Of a stretch of DNA of 64,000 bases, positions 10,169 through 19,834 are shown piece after piece (the stretch's first letter is position 1; every line of letters begins with the position of its first letter). Source of the DNA: Prasinococcaceae sp. CCMP 1430 (Eukaryota > Plantae > Prasinodermophyta); contig RQSC01000024.1 in NCBI GenBank assembly GCA_013416795.1, forward strand, positions 129,827 through 193,826, read 5' to 3'. A model generated the notes under the pieces. The model had not been told where the DNA came from and ran no database searches. It saw nothing but the letters and a program-made list of their open reading frames with translations. The position numbers and the translations under genes are program-made.

Positions 10169-11824
10169 ATGAGTGTGGGCGTGGCGCCCTCCACGGCGAT
10201 GCTCTCCAGCGCGGCGAGAAGGGAGCGCAGCGGCGACGGGTGTGGCGACAGTGGCGACCTCTTCTTGGTAGATGGTAGTTCTAACGGAGGCAACAGTGGC
10301 ATTAGCAGCGCCGGCACAAGCACCGCCGCTGCCAGCAGCAGCGGTCAGGCGTCTTTTGGACTCGGTCGCATGGAGGCCTGGCCGAGTGGCTCGTCGAGAG
10401 CACCGCTTGCAGAGGCGCACGTGCCCCCGGCAAGCTGGTACACATCGGGCCAGGCGCACGCCGCCGAGTTGCGAGCTGTGTTCGCGGCGAGCTGGCAGCT
10501 GGCATGCCGCGCGTCGGCGCTTCGCAATCCGGGAACGTACGCGGCGGGGACCGCCGCGGACGGCACACGCTTCGTTGTCACGCGAACGGAGGACGGCGTG
10601 TTGCACGCATTCCACAACGCCTGCCGTCACAGGGGCGCGCCTGTGGCGCCGGAGGGCACCTGCGGCGTCGCTGAGCGCCTCGTTTGCCCATACCACGGTT
10701 GGGAGTACGACCTCGATGGCAGGCTCGCACGCGCGACGCGCCTCAGTGGCATTCGCGGGTTCTCAGCGAGCGATTACGGGCTGGTGCGTGTACCTAGTGC
10801 TGTGTACGGTGGTTTCGTCTTTGTGCACACCGGAGGAGCCCTGATAGGCAGCAGCTCCCAGGCAGTCGAAGGAAAAGAGGGGCAGAGCGCTGACGCTCAG
10901 GCTTGCGGCAGAGGCGCCACAGCGCCTGAATTACCGCCGCCAACCGAGTGGTTTGGAAGCGCCGCTTCTGCGCTCATTTCCTCCGAGCGTGCAGCGACCG
11001 TGCCCTCGTACTGGACTGTGCTCGGACGAGAAGAGGCTGCCGACGCAGCACAAGATTTGATAGGGGGAGAGGATCACACTGATGGTCAAGGACGCGGTAC
11101 CAGCGAGCGCGCCGTACGAAGGGTATGCCGCAGCCTGGGCGGCGATCTCGTGCACGTGGGAGCCAGCAGGGAGCAGCTGAATTGCAATTGGAAGGTCTTC
11201 GTCGAAAACTATCTCGATTCGGGCTACCACTTGAGGCACGCGCATCCCTCGCTTGCCGATGCGCTCGACCTGGGCACATATGTGTGCGCTATAAGCGCAT
11301 GCGGGCGCAGCAGCGTGCAGAGAGTGCGCGCTGTCGCCGCCGTTGACCCGCGCGTGAGCTTGCACATGGGCACCGTCGCCGGCGGGGCCCGTGAGGACCG
11401 GAGCGACGGTGCTGGCAGTGACACCGGCGATGCCGAAGGCGTGGTCGAAACTCGGGGGGCGACGCCGAAAGACAATGAAGTGACCTACGCGTTTTTTTAC
11501 CCCAATTTGCTGGTCAGGTGGCACCTGAGCGGTGTGATGGAGGTCAACCTCGTCAGCCCCTTGACCCCCGAGAGCTGCTGTGTTCTCATTGACTGGTACG
11601 CCGAACCATCGCTGGCGAGCGACGCCGATGCGGTGAGCGGACTCATCGAAGCGTCGCATCGCGTTCAGGAGGAAAACGCAGCGCTCTGCGCGGGCGTGCA
11701 GCGCGGCTTGCGTTCGCCGGCGTGGCCACTCGGCCGCTACGCGCCGGCCGTCGAGGCTCCCGCCCACGCGTTCCATCTCGCGCTGCACGCGCAGCTGCGA
11801 GCCGCCGGGGCCGTCGACGCATGA
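10169..11824 (+). CDS. CMO: Rieske non-heme iron oxygenase, choline monooxygenase-like
   Basis: PPASWYT, Rieske motifs NACRHRG and CPYHGWEY, CNWKVFVENYLDSGYHLRHAH, FFYPNL and LCAGVQRGL. Confidence 0.8.
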   Translation: MSVGVAPSTAMLSSAARRERSGDGCGDSGDLFLVDGSSNGGNSGISSAGTSTAAASSSGQASFGLGRMEAWPSGSSRAPLAEAHVPPASWYTSGQAHAAELRAVFAASWQLACRASALRNPGTYAAGTAADGTRFVVTRTEDGVLHAFHNACRHRGAPVAPEGTCGVAERLVCPYHGWEYDLDGRLARATRLSGIRGFSASDYGLVRVPSAVYGGFVFVHTGGALIGSSSQAVEGKEGQSADAQACGRGATAPELPPPTEWFGSAASALISSERAATVPSYWTVLGREEAADAAQDLIGGEDHTDGQGRGTSERAVRRVCRSLGGDLVHVGASREQLNCNWKVFVENYLDSGYHLRHAHPSLADALDLGTYVCAISACGRSSVQRVRAVAAVDPRVSLHMGTVAGGAREDRSDGAGSDTGDAEGVVETRGATPKDNEVTYAFFYPNLLVRWHLSGVMEVNLVSPLTPESCCVLIDWYAEPSLASDADAVSGLIEASHRVQEENAALCAGVQRGLRSPAWPLGRYAPAVEAPAHAFHLALHAQLRAAGAVDA

Positions 11825-11866
11825 TGAATGCGAGTAACACGTACACTATGATACAAGCGAATTTTA

Positions 11867-13484
11867 TCAAAGCACGTTGCTGACTTTGCCGACGCCGTGG
11901 CTGTCAGCGCGATCATCGTCGCAGCAAACGTCGCCGCCGGCGCACCGCAACCGCGCATTCCGCTCTCTGCGCTCTGTTAGCGCCACTCGTGCGCCATACG
12001 GGAGCGCGAGTGCCGCGATTGCGCCCATGAGCGCGTTCGGGTGTCCAAAGCCTCGTGCGAGGCCCCAGTCGAGCAACGGATAGATCGACAGCGCGCACAG
12101 GCTACTGACGAGCAGCGCGAGCCCCGCCAGCGTGCCGTAGTACTCAAATCCCACGCGCGAGTTCAGGTGCGCAAAGAATGTCGCATATATTGATAGGCGA
12201 CCTGTGCAATAAATGATGAAGCCAAGGACCTGCGGCGAGGGCACACACGCGCGAGAGGTGCGTCCATGGCAGCTGTTAGCGTTGCGAAGGCGCGGGCATC
12301 GAGCCACGCCGCATGCACGCGCGCGCTTATGAATGCGCCGCCACGCGCACCTGCACGACGGTGCGGTCACTGCTCAGGCACAGGAAGGACGCAGCAACCA
12401 GGGACGTGTTGGCCAGAAGCACGGGCCCGAAGCCCAGTCGGTCGCACATCCACCCACTGATACCGGCGGTCGGGCAGACGAGAAAGTAGCAAAGAGAGTA
12501 CCAGCGCGTGAGCCTCTGACCACGACTCATGTTGCCACCACCATCTATGCTGTCGTCCGACTCGTCGTCACTCTCAGCATCGAAGACGGCCTCGAGTTGC
12601 GGCCCGACGCTCACGACGTAATACTGAATGGCGACAACGACAGCGCTAAACCACAGCGTCAGATAGATGTACTCGCGCGAGCAGAGCTGTGCACGGAAAG
12701 GCAGACCCTCGAGCGGCGGCGGCGGCAGTGGAGGCGGCAGCGACGGCGATCGAGAGGATGGCGGCGTGGTTGCCTTTGGCGCTGGCGCGGCGCCGCCTGC
12801 AGGGCCGTCGAGCTCCTTTTCCGTGAGAACCTCGGCAAAGTCGATCCCTGCCGGCAGTAGCACTGCGGCCACGAGCGCTACTGCCGCAGCCACAGATGCA
12901 TACGCGCCCAACAGCGCCCTGCGGTAGTGCGCAGATTCGCGACCGTCTGCGATTGCACCCAGGAGCAGCAATACGCCGCCGCTCGCCTGAAACGCCACGG
13001 ACAATAGCCCGGTCACGAGCGAGCGGTTGTAGGGGAACAATTTCGCTACTGGCTGTACCGCCAGCTGGAGCGAGGAGCCCATGCCGACCAGGCCGAAGCC
13101 AACTGCGACTGCGACGGCATCGGAGGGTCCAGCGAGTGCGAGCGCGAGTGCCCCCACTGCCGCCGCCGCCGCGCTCGCCGCAGCCGCCACACGCGTGCCC
13201 GTCGCGTCGCGCAGGACGCCGCCGAGGAAGCGCCCGCCCTGCACCGTCCACGCGCCCACGGTGAACGCCACGCCCAGCGCGAGGTCTTGTGCGCCGCACA
13301 CGCCGCTGCCCTGCGCCGTCGCCTCGGCGTCGCAGCGGTCGGCGAGCACGCCCTCCCGCACCAGCATGAGGCGAAGACTCGGCCAGCCGTAGACGACGCC
13401 GGAGACGAGCGTCACCGCCGCCAGCGCGTACACCAGCGCCCCGACGCGGCCGGCGCGCACCACCGCGCGAGAGGAGGGCGGCAT
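11867..13484 (-). CDS. MFS transporter, SLC43/LAT3-like; 2 exons (intron 12230-12350)
   Basis: SGVVYGWPSL..MLVREG, about 12 hydrophobic segments, QVLGFIIY..R...Y..FFAHL...GFEYYG.LAGL; GT..AG intron joins ORFs 12327-13484 and 11867-12370. Confidence 0.75.
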
Positions 13485-13514
13485 CGTCGACCGCAGCCGC
13501 GCCGGCTCCCTCCG

Positions 13515-13819
13515 TCAGAGGCGCGCCTGAGGTCGGGACGGCGCCCCGTCCTCGAGCGCCCGCTCCGCCGCCGCGTCCGCGAGCGCGTGCAGCCTGTCGC
13601 GCAACCACGGCCCGGTCTCGGCGAGCTTGGCGGGCGGTCCGAGGAAGGCGCAGAGCACCAGGCGCACTTGGGGCCCGCGCGCCGCGCGCGCGAGCTCCTC
13701 GCCGCTGAGGGGCGCGCCGCTGGCGGGTTCGAACAGGATGGCCTCGAGCGAGGTGCCGCGCGGCGGCTGCGCCTGGACGAGGCACGGGAGCCACGCGCCC
13801 GTGGCGGCGGCGCGCAGCG
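13515..13819 (-). CDS. Partial hypothetical protein, 5' end lost in an N gap
   Basis: Protein-like frame ..LEAILFEPASGAPLSGEELARAARGPQVRLVLCAFLG..RL-stop; no family recognised. Confidence 0.3.
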
Positions 13820-13974
13820 NNNNNNNNNNNNNNNNNNNNNNNNNNNNNNNNNNNNNNNNNNNNNNNNNNNNNNNNNNNNNNNNNNNNNNNNNNNNNNNNN
13901 NNNNNNNNNNNNNNNNNNNNNNNNNNNNNNNNNNNNNNNNNNNNNNNNNNNNNNNNNNNNNNNNNNNNNNNNNN
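13820..13974. other. Assembly gap (N run)
   Basis: Run of n; further gaps at 14532-14555 and 46502-46729. Confidence 1.
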
Positions 13975-14084
13975 CGCCCGCCCGCCCGCGCTCCCTCCCG
14001 GGCCGCTCGCGCGAGCGGGGCGCCGGCCGCGCGCCCCTTGGGGCGGGTGGGGTGGGGTTAGTGGGGGGCGCGCCTCTCCGCGCA

Positions 14085-14113
14085 TTAGGGTTTAGGTTTT
14101 AGGGTTAGGGTTT
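14085..14113. repeat. Interstitial telomere-like tract
   Basis: ttagggtttaggttttagggttagggttt. Confidence 0.75.
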
Positions 14114-14194
14114 ACGCGGTGTGTGTGTGTGGCAAGCGCGTGCCCGCGATGGCTGAGAAACGATCCGGTTTCGTCGCGCGCTCGCCAACAACCA

Positions 14195-14225
14195 ATCCAT
14201 CCATCCATCCATCCATCCATCCATC
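14195..14225. repeat. (ATCC)n microsatellite
   Basis: About 7 tandem ATCC units. Confidence 0.9.
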
Positions 14226-14622
14226 GAAGTTTTCATCCGCAGAACCCACCCAAGCGAGCGAAGTGCGGAAGTGGTGAAATCGGAGCTCGCCTCGCCTCCC
14301 TGCGAATGCCTGTTGGCGCGGGCGTGCGGGCGCGCGCGTGCGGGGCGGTGCGGCGGGTACCGAGGGCAGGGGGGGGGGAGGAGGGGGGCGGGCGGGAGGG
14401 GAGCGTCGAGGAGGAGGAGGCGGCGATCGCGACGATCGCCGCCCTCCCTCGCACCCTCCCCCGCCTGCCCCTCCCTCGCGTCGCTGCCCGGCCCCCTACA
14501 CCCCCCCGCCGCGCCGCGCTCTCGCCGCGCCNNNNNNNNNNNNNNNNNNNNNNNNGTCTTTCACGCAATGGCCGGGCGTGGCGTGTGCGCGGCGGGGAAC
14601 GATCGCGCGAGGGGCGGCGGCC

Positions 14623-15432
14623 ATGTTCCGCGCGTGCTCGAGCGCCAGCGCCGCCGAGCCTGCGCCCGAGTCGCCGGTGGGCGAGTCCGAGCTCGCGTGG
14701 GCGGAGCTCGCCGAGGCGTTCGCGTGCGCGTCGGTCGAGAGCGGGGTCGCGCGCACGGGCGCAGGCTGCACGGTCGCCGAGATCGCCTTCGGTCCGTGGC
14801 CGCATCGCGCGGAATCGCCCGACGTCGACGACGAGAGCCAGGCGGTGGACGCGGGCGGCTACGGAGACGCCTCGACCACCACGGAGGACTTCACGAGGCG
14901 GAAGAGAGCGCTGAAGGCGTTCGCGGCCACCACTGGCCGGCGGCCCCCGAGTGCCTTCGACCTCGGCGCGCTCGCGTATGAGCACCCGTCTGCCGCCGAG
15001 GTCGACACGGTCAGCGAGAGCCTCAAAGGCGGGAAGGCGCACAGAAAAGGGCGGGGCAAGCGCGCGTCAGAGGAGGGCGAGGGGCCTCACAGCAGGCTCG
15101 TGGAGGCGGCCGTCGCCGCGTGGCAGAACCACGAGCGCCTCGCCGACATGCGGGCGCGCGAGGCTGGCGAGGAGGCGCCCGCCTTGCACTTGCGCACACA
15201 TGAGCCCGTCGCCATTCCGCGCGGCGCGGAGGTCGTGCCACTGCTGAAGAGGGTCGGCAAGTGTCCGCTCGACTCGTTCGAGGTTGAGGACATGCAGCTT
15301 GTGGACGAAGTCTTCGGCGAGAACGGCGGCATCGTGATTGGCTCCGAAGGCCACGGCGTCTCGGGCGCAGTGCTGGCGACCGAGGCGGGTGGATCCTTCC
15401 GCACGATGGTGCTGGTCGAGAACGTGCGCTAG
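14623..15432 (+). CDS. Hypothetical protein
   Basis: Open frame with protein-like composition (AEIAFGPWP, LKRVGKCPLDSFEVEDMQLVDEVFGENGGIVIGSEG); no family recognised; 5' end is near a gap. Confidence 0.45.
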   Translation: MFRACSSASAAEPAPESPVGESELAWAELAEAFACASVESGVARTGAGCTVAEIAFGPWPHRAESPDVDDESQAVDAGGYGDASTTTEDFTRRKRALKAFAATTGRRPPSAFDLGALAYEHPSAAEVDTVSESLKGGKAHRKGRGKRASEEGEGPHSRLVEAAVAAWQNHERLADMRAREAGEEAPALHLRTHEPVAIPRGAEVVPLLKRVGKCPLDSFEVEDMQLVDEVFGENGGIVIGSEGHGVSGAVLATEAGGSFRTMVLVENVR

Positions 15433-15835
15433 AGCGTGTCTGGGAAGAAGACCGGACTGTGTACCATACAAACCAAGAAACTCCCGACGAGCGGCACGCC
15501 TTGCCCCCCACGAGCAGGTGTCGCGCCGCTCACAGCACTTCGAAAAGTGTGTGCTAGAAGTCTGCTTCCACTAGGGACGCGAACGCTCAGTAGCTAGCCA
15601 CTCTACTATATGCAATTGTCAGTTTTCACAGCTCTGGAGAGTACCAGGTACTCGCGCACCCCTCAAACTCGCGCTGCCTCCCAATCCCACGAGTGCGAGC
15701 GCGGCGCGAGGGCGGGGGTAACGACGCTGTCGTGTAGGATACGATGTATCCGTTACGCCTCTTGCCGAGTGCGCGCGATGCTGTTACTGGGACAAAAATG
15801 GAGCGCGCGGCATAGAGGGGACGCGACGCAGGGGC

Positions 15836-16828
15836 CTAGCTCACGACGTTGATGGGTTCGCCGGCCAGGAAGGCCTCGACATTCTCCGCCACGAGATCCA
15901 CCAGCCTCTGCCGCGTCTCGGCGCGCTGCCATCCGATGTGCGGCGTCATGACCAGCTTGCCCTCGTCCACCAGCCTGAACAACGGCGAGTCGTGCGCGGG
16001 CGGCTCTCGCTCCTGCACATCGATCCCCGCGCCTGCGATGACGCCGTCGTCGAGCGCCTTGCAGAGCGCGGCCTCGTCGATGATAGCGCCACGCGCAGTG
16101 TTCACGAGGTAGGCGCTGCGCTTCATGCGTGCGAGCTGCTCTGCGCCGATGCTGCCGCGCGTCTGCGCGTTGAGCGGACAGTGCACTGACACGAAGTCTG
16201 ACCGCGCGAGCAAGCCGTCGAGCGTGTCGATCTCGCACCCCTCGATTGGCTCCCTCGAACGCGAGGAGACGATCACTTTCATGTCGAAGGCGCTGGCCAT
16301 CTTTGCCACGCACGAGCCGATGGCACCACGACCTCCGATGAGGCCGAGCGTCTTGCCCGCGAGCTCGAAGTGCGGCAGCGCGCCCAACTTCTCCCAGCCA
16401 GCCTTGTCGCCCCGCTCCAGCTTCTGCTGCTGTTGCGTCAAGGAGCAGCTCAAGCTCAGCACAAAGGTCATGACCATCGTGGCCACCGCGTCGGAGGAGT
16501 AGGCAGGGCAGCTGCACACGGTGATGCCGCGCTGCCTGGCGGCCTCAATGTCGATGTTGTTGTAGCCAGTGCCGGCCTCGACGATCAGTTTCACAGACTC
16601 TGGCAAGGCCTCAATGACGTCCGCACCGCACTCCATCTCCTTGGTGACGACGATGGTGGCGGCGCAGTCGGATGCCTTCCACGCGGTCTCCGCAGCGCCG
16701 GAAGTGCCCTTGTACCACGCGACACCGCCTCCGACTGCTGCCCTCAGGCGGCCCAGGTCGATCGTTCCATCAAAATCCAGCTTCCCCGCGTTGAGCACGC
16801 ACGCGCACTCTCGCTGGCGCTTCGCCAT
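15836..16828 (-). CDS. D-isomer-specific 2-hydroxyacid dehydrogenase (glycerate dehydrogenase/HPR-like)
   Basis: GTGYNNID, GKTLGLIGGRGAIG, SDFVSVHCPL, LVNTARG, AGIDVQEREP and MTPHIGW. Confidence 0.9.
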   Translation of the reverse strand: MAKRQRECACVLNAGKLDFDGTIDLGRLRAAVGGGVAWYKGTSGAAETAWKASDCAATIVVTKEMECGADVIEALPESVKLIVEAGTGYNNIDIEAARQRGITVCSCPAYSSDAVATMVMTFVLSLSCSLTQQQQKLERGDKAGWEKLGALPHFELAGKTLGLIGGRGAIGSCVAKMASAFDMKVIVSSRSREPIEGCEIDTLDGLLARSDFVSVHCPLNAQTRGSIGAEQLARMKRSAYLVNTARGAIIDEAALCKALDDGVIAGAGIDVQEREPPAHDSPLFRLVDEGKLVMTPHIGWQRAETRQRLVDLVAENVEAFLAGEPINVVS

Positions 16829-17304
16829 CGCCGCGGCGGGGACCCGGCCGACGAAGAGCCAGGGGGCGCCGCGCCGCCGCCACCGACACGCGCGCTTGAG
16901 TGCCGCCCGCGCTCCCCCGGCAACCCGCACGCGCCAACGCGCGCGGCGCGCGCGCTGTGGCCCTCCCCCCGCCCTCGCACGCACCCACCCACCCACCCAC
17001 CCACCCGCACGCGCACTCGCGCACGCTCCGCTACACCCCCGGCGCACGGCCGCGCAGACTTTTTCCCGACGCGCGCTTTCGCGCGCGCGCTCACCCTCAG
17101 CGTATTACAATCAGACATCAAAACAGGCGGCGTGCGCGCTTTCGTCCGGCGCAGAACCGCGCGCCCCGCCCCGCGCGCGCGCGCGCGCGCGCCCTCCAAA
17201 AAACAAAAAATGCCATCAAAATGCACGCGAAACCGAAAAGAGACGTTGGGGGCTGGGCGCTGGCCCGGGTTGGTTCGGTTCCCCCACGGCAACTTGTTCC
17301 CACC

Positions 17305-17319
17305 TACCATCGGATGGTA
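17305..17319. promoter_or_regulatory. Palindrome TACCATCGGATGGTA, copy 3 (divergent intergenic region)
   Basis: Perfect inverted repeat; degenerate copy CCATCTGACGG at 17383 and CATGGTATCA at 17396. Confidence 0.5.
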
Positions 17320-17669
17320 CGATTTGACCCACTGTCGCTCCAAAAAAAACACTCTGGTCGAATCTCGCACACTCCGTGCGTGCCATCTGACGGTCCATGG
17401 TATCATTCGCCGTGCGACTGCGTGGTTGTTCGCTCACAAATGCGTTTTGATGGCGCGGGGCGCGCGCGCGTGTTTGGGGGTGAACCCAAACACACGGCGT
17501 GCGATGCAGGCGAAATGCATGCTCGATCAGATGTCAGCCGAGCACGAGTGGCATGGAATGTAAACCCTGATTGCGGGGCGGGCCGTTCCCCGCGCGCGCG
17601 TCGCCGGGCCGCGCGCGGTGGCGGGAAACGGCCACTTGGATAAGAAGGCATCGTGAACGTCATGGGCCC

Positions 17670-17712
17670 TTAGGGTTTTGTTATTAGGATTTAGGGTTAT
17701 ACCTGAACCCTA
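17670..17712. repeat. Telo-box-like tract upstream of the USP gene
   Basis: ttagggttttgttattaggatttagggtt..aacccta. Confidence 0.6.
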
Positions 17713-17889
17713 CCTTCCGCCCGCCGCGCGGGCGCCACGTCAGCGTCAGTCAGCGGCGCGCGCTGCAGTGCGTGCTGCTTGGGGCACGCGCGCGTGCGCG
17801 GCGGGCGGGGGTCGGGCGAAAGACGGACGGGCCGCGGGCCACACCGCGCCGCAACGGAGGCCTCGCAGAGGCCAGGGCCAGGTACTCGT

Positions 17890-19334
17890 ATGGCGATGCG
17901 CTCGCTCACGGCGGCGATGGCCACGGCACGCTGCGTGTCCAACGCGACGTGCGCCGCCGCTGCGGCTGCTGTCAAGAGCCGCGCGTCCTGCAGCTCCTCG
18001 CCCGCAGTCTACAGGGCGGCCTGCACCGGCATGAGCCCCGCTCGCGCGGCGAGGCGGGAGACTGCGCAGCGTCTGCCCCGCGTGCGTCAGCGCCAGCGCC
18101 GGGGAATGGTCACGCGCGCCGCGGCGAGCGGCGACGGAAGCGACGCCGACGGCGATGGGGCCGAGGATGACAGCGCGCTCAAGATGCGCCCGTCGGAGCG
18201 CTTCGCCACCTCCGATCAGACTTGGTGGAGCATTGTCAGTCCAGCCGCGGCGGCGGCCGGTGCAACAGTGTCGGAGGTGCCCGAGGATAGCGCGATGCGC
18301 CATATTATGGTCGCCGTTGACGACACAGATGCATCAAGGGGCGCCGTGGAGTGGGCGGTGGCCAACCTCTCCAGGAAAGACGACATTTTCCTCCTGTGCC
18401 ACGTTGTGCCCTTCGAGCAGACCGCCGCGTACGCGTCGCAGGCGGGCGTTGGGAGCATCGACTTCGCAGGGCCAGGTCTGATGCGAGCGTCGGCGCTGCG
18501 TCCAGCCAGCGTTTAGTACTGTTGAGACTGACACCCACAAACTGACAAAAGAAATTGTCGCCTCTGCCGGCAATGTGACGTTTTTGTCCCAGTCGTGCCT
18601 GCCGGTGCCCACCGTGAGTCTCGCTCGGACGCGCCTACCCTGGCGCGTGCGCGCGTCGTGTCTTCGTACGCGCAGCTGCGCAGCACACGCGCGCGAAATG
18701 CACGTGCTGGCGCGACGCGCAAACAAACAATTGCAACTGTGTTTACGCACCCCTCGCACGGAACTGTGTCTCCACTTCAGCTCTGACCCGGCAGCTCTTC
18801 GCCCTTTCGCCACGTACTCGCTCGATCTTTCGAGGGCTGCCCTCAGACCCTTCGATGGTGATTACCCCAGTGCAACGCGAGGCACTAGTGAAGAAAGCGC
18901 TCGAGGCGAGCGAGCGCTCCATCATCGACCTCGCACAGCCGCTCTGCGACAAGGGCATCGCTGCAGAGGCGTGCGTCATCGTAGAAAAGGTAGTGCAATA
19001 CGCGCAGCGTACTGCCCGCTGACAAGCGCCGACACTTGCAGGCTCCCTATCCGGCGGTCGCCTGGCAAACTTCGTAGCCACCGAGATTGGCGTGTGCGCC
19101 CCTTTGCACTTTGCGTGCACGCTGACGACTGAGCGCGCGTCGCGTGCGATCTAGTCTTACGAGGACACAGCGCACTGCCTTGCCACCGTCGCCGACGACT
19201 ATAACGCTGAGTGCATGGTCATCGGCAGCACGGGCAAGTCATGGCTGGAGCGCCTCTTCCTGGGGAGCGTCTCGCACTACCTCATCCAGCACTACACCCA
19301 CCCAGTGATCGTTGTTCCAGCGGGCTCGTCATGA
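17890..19334 (+). CDS. Universal stress protein (USP-A) with transit peptide, multi-exon
   Basis: IMVAVDDTDASRGAVEWAV..LLCHV; spliced exons VQREALVKK..VIVEK and SYEDTAHCL..MVIGSTGKSWLERLFLGSVSHYLIQH..PVIVVP-stop. Confidence 0.85.
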
Positions 19335-19558
19335 GCTCAGCGACCATTGCCACATGCAACTCGCCGCCGGACCGGGCGGGAGCGGCGCTGCGGCACCGCC
19401 GCTCTTCACGCCAGGGGGAAAAGAGGCACCCCGTGCCTATCAGCCTTCGGTCGTAGTCGACCTCGCTACCCTCGGGGAGCGATGCCATCAGATAGACCAC
19501 ACGCGCACAGGCCGCCGTGCACCACTGGCAGCGCCAGGAGTGTCTTAGCGAGTGTGTA

Positions 19559-19629
19559 CAGTGTATACTTGTCCTCAGATCGTGTCAGACGCCGAGCGTC
19601 TGACACGATCTGAGGACAAGTATACACTG
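19559..19629. mobile_element. 71-bp fully palindromic element with CAGTG..CACTG ends between TA dinucleotides; Tc1/mariner-type MITE candidate or hairpin RNA
   Basis: 34-bp perfect TIRs and a 3-nt loop (cga); the palindrome extends to 19553-19635 (40-bp arms); a T17 run follows. Confidence 0.6.
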
Positions 19630-19834
19630 TACACAGAACGTCGTTTTTTTTTTTTTTTTTCGCGTCGAGCCCCGCTGCGTCGCTGCGTGCGCTGCAGGCC
19701 GCGCAAGGGCAGCCCGCAAACGGGCGCGCTCCACAGACGCGCGGTCGCGCAGGGGCGAGCCCGCCCCCGCAGCCCCGCTGGGGCTGCACAGCGTGCCGTC
19801 CGCGTCGCGGCGGGCGCTCACGGTGCGAGGGGCG

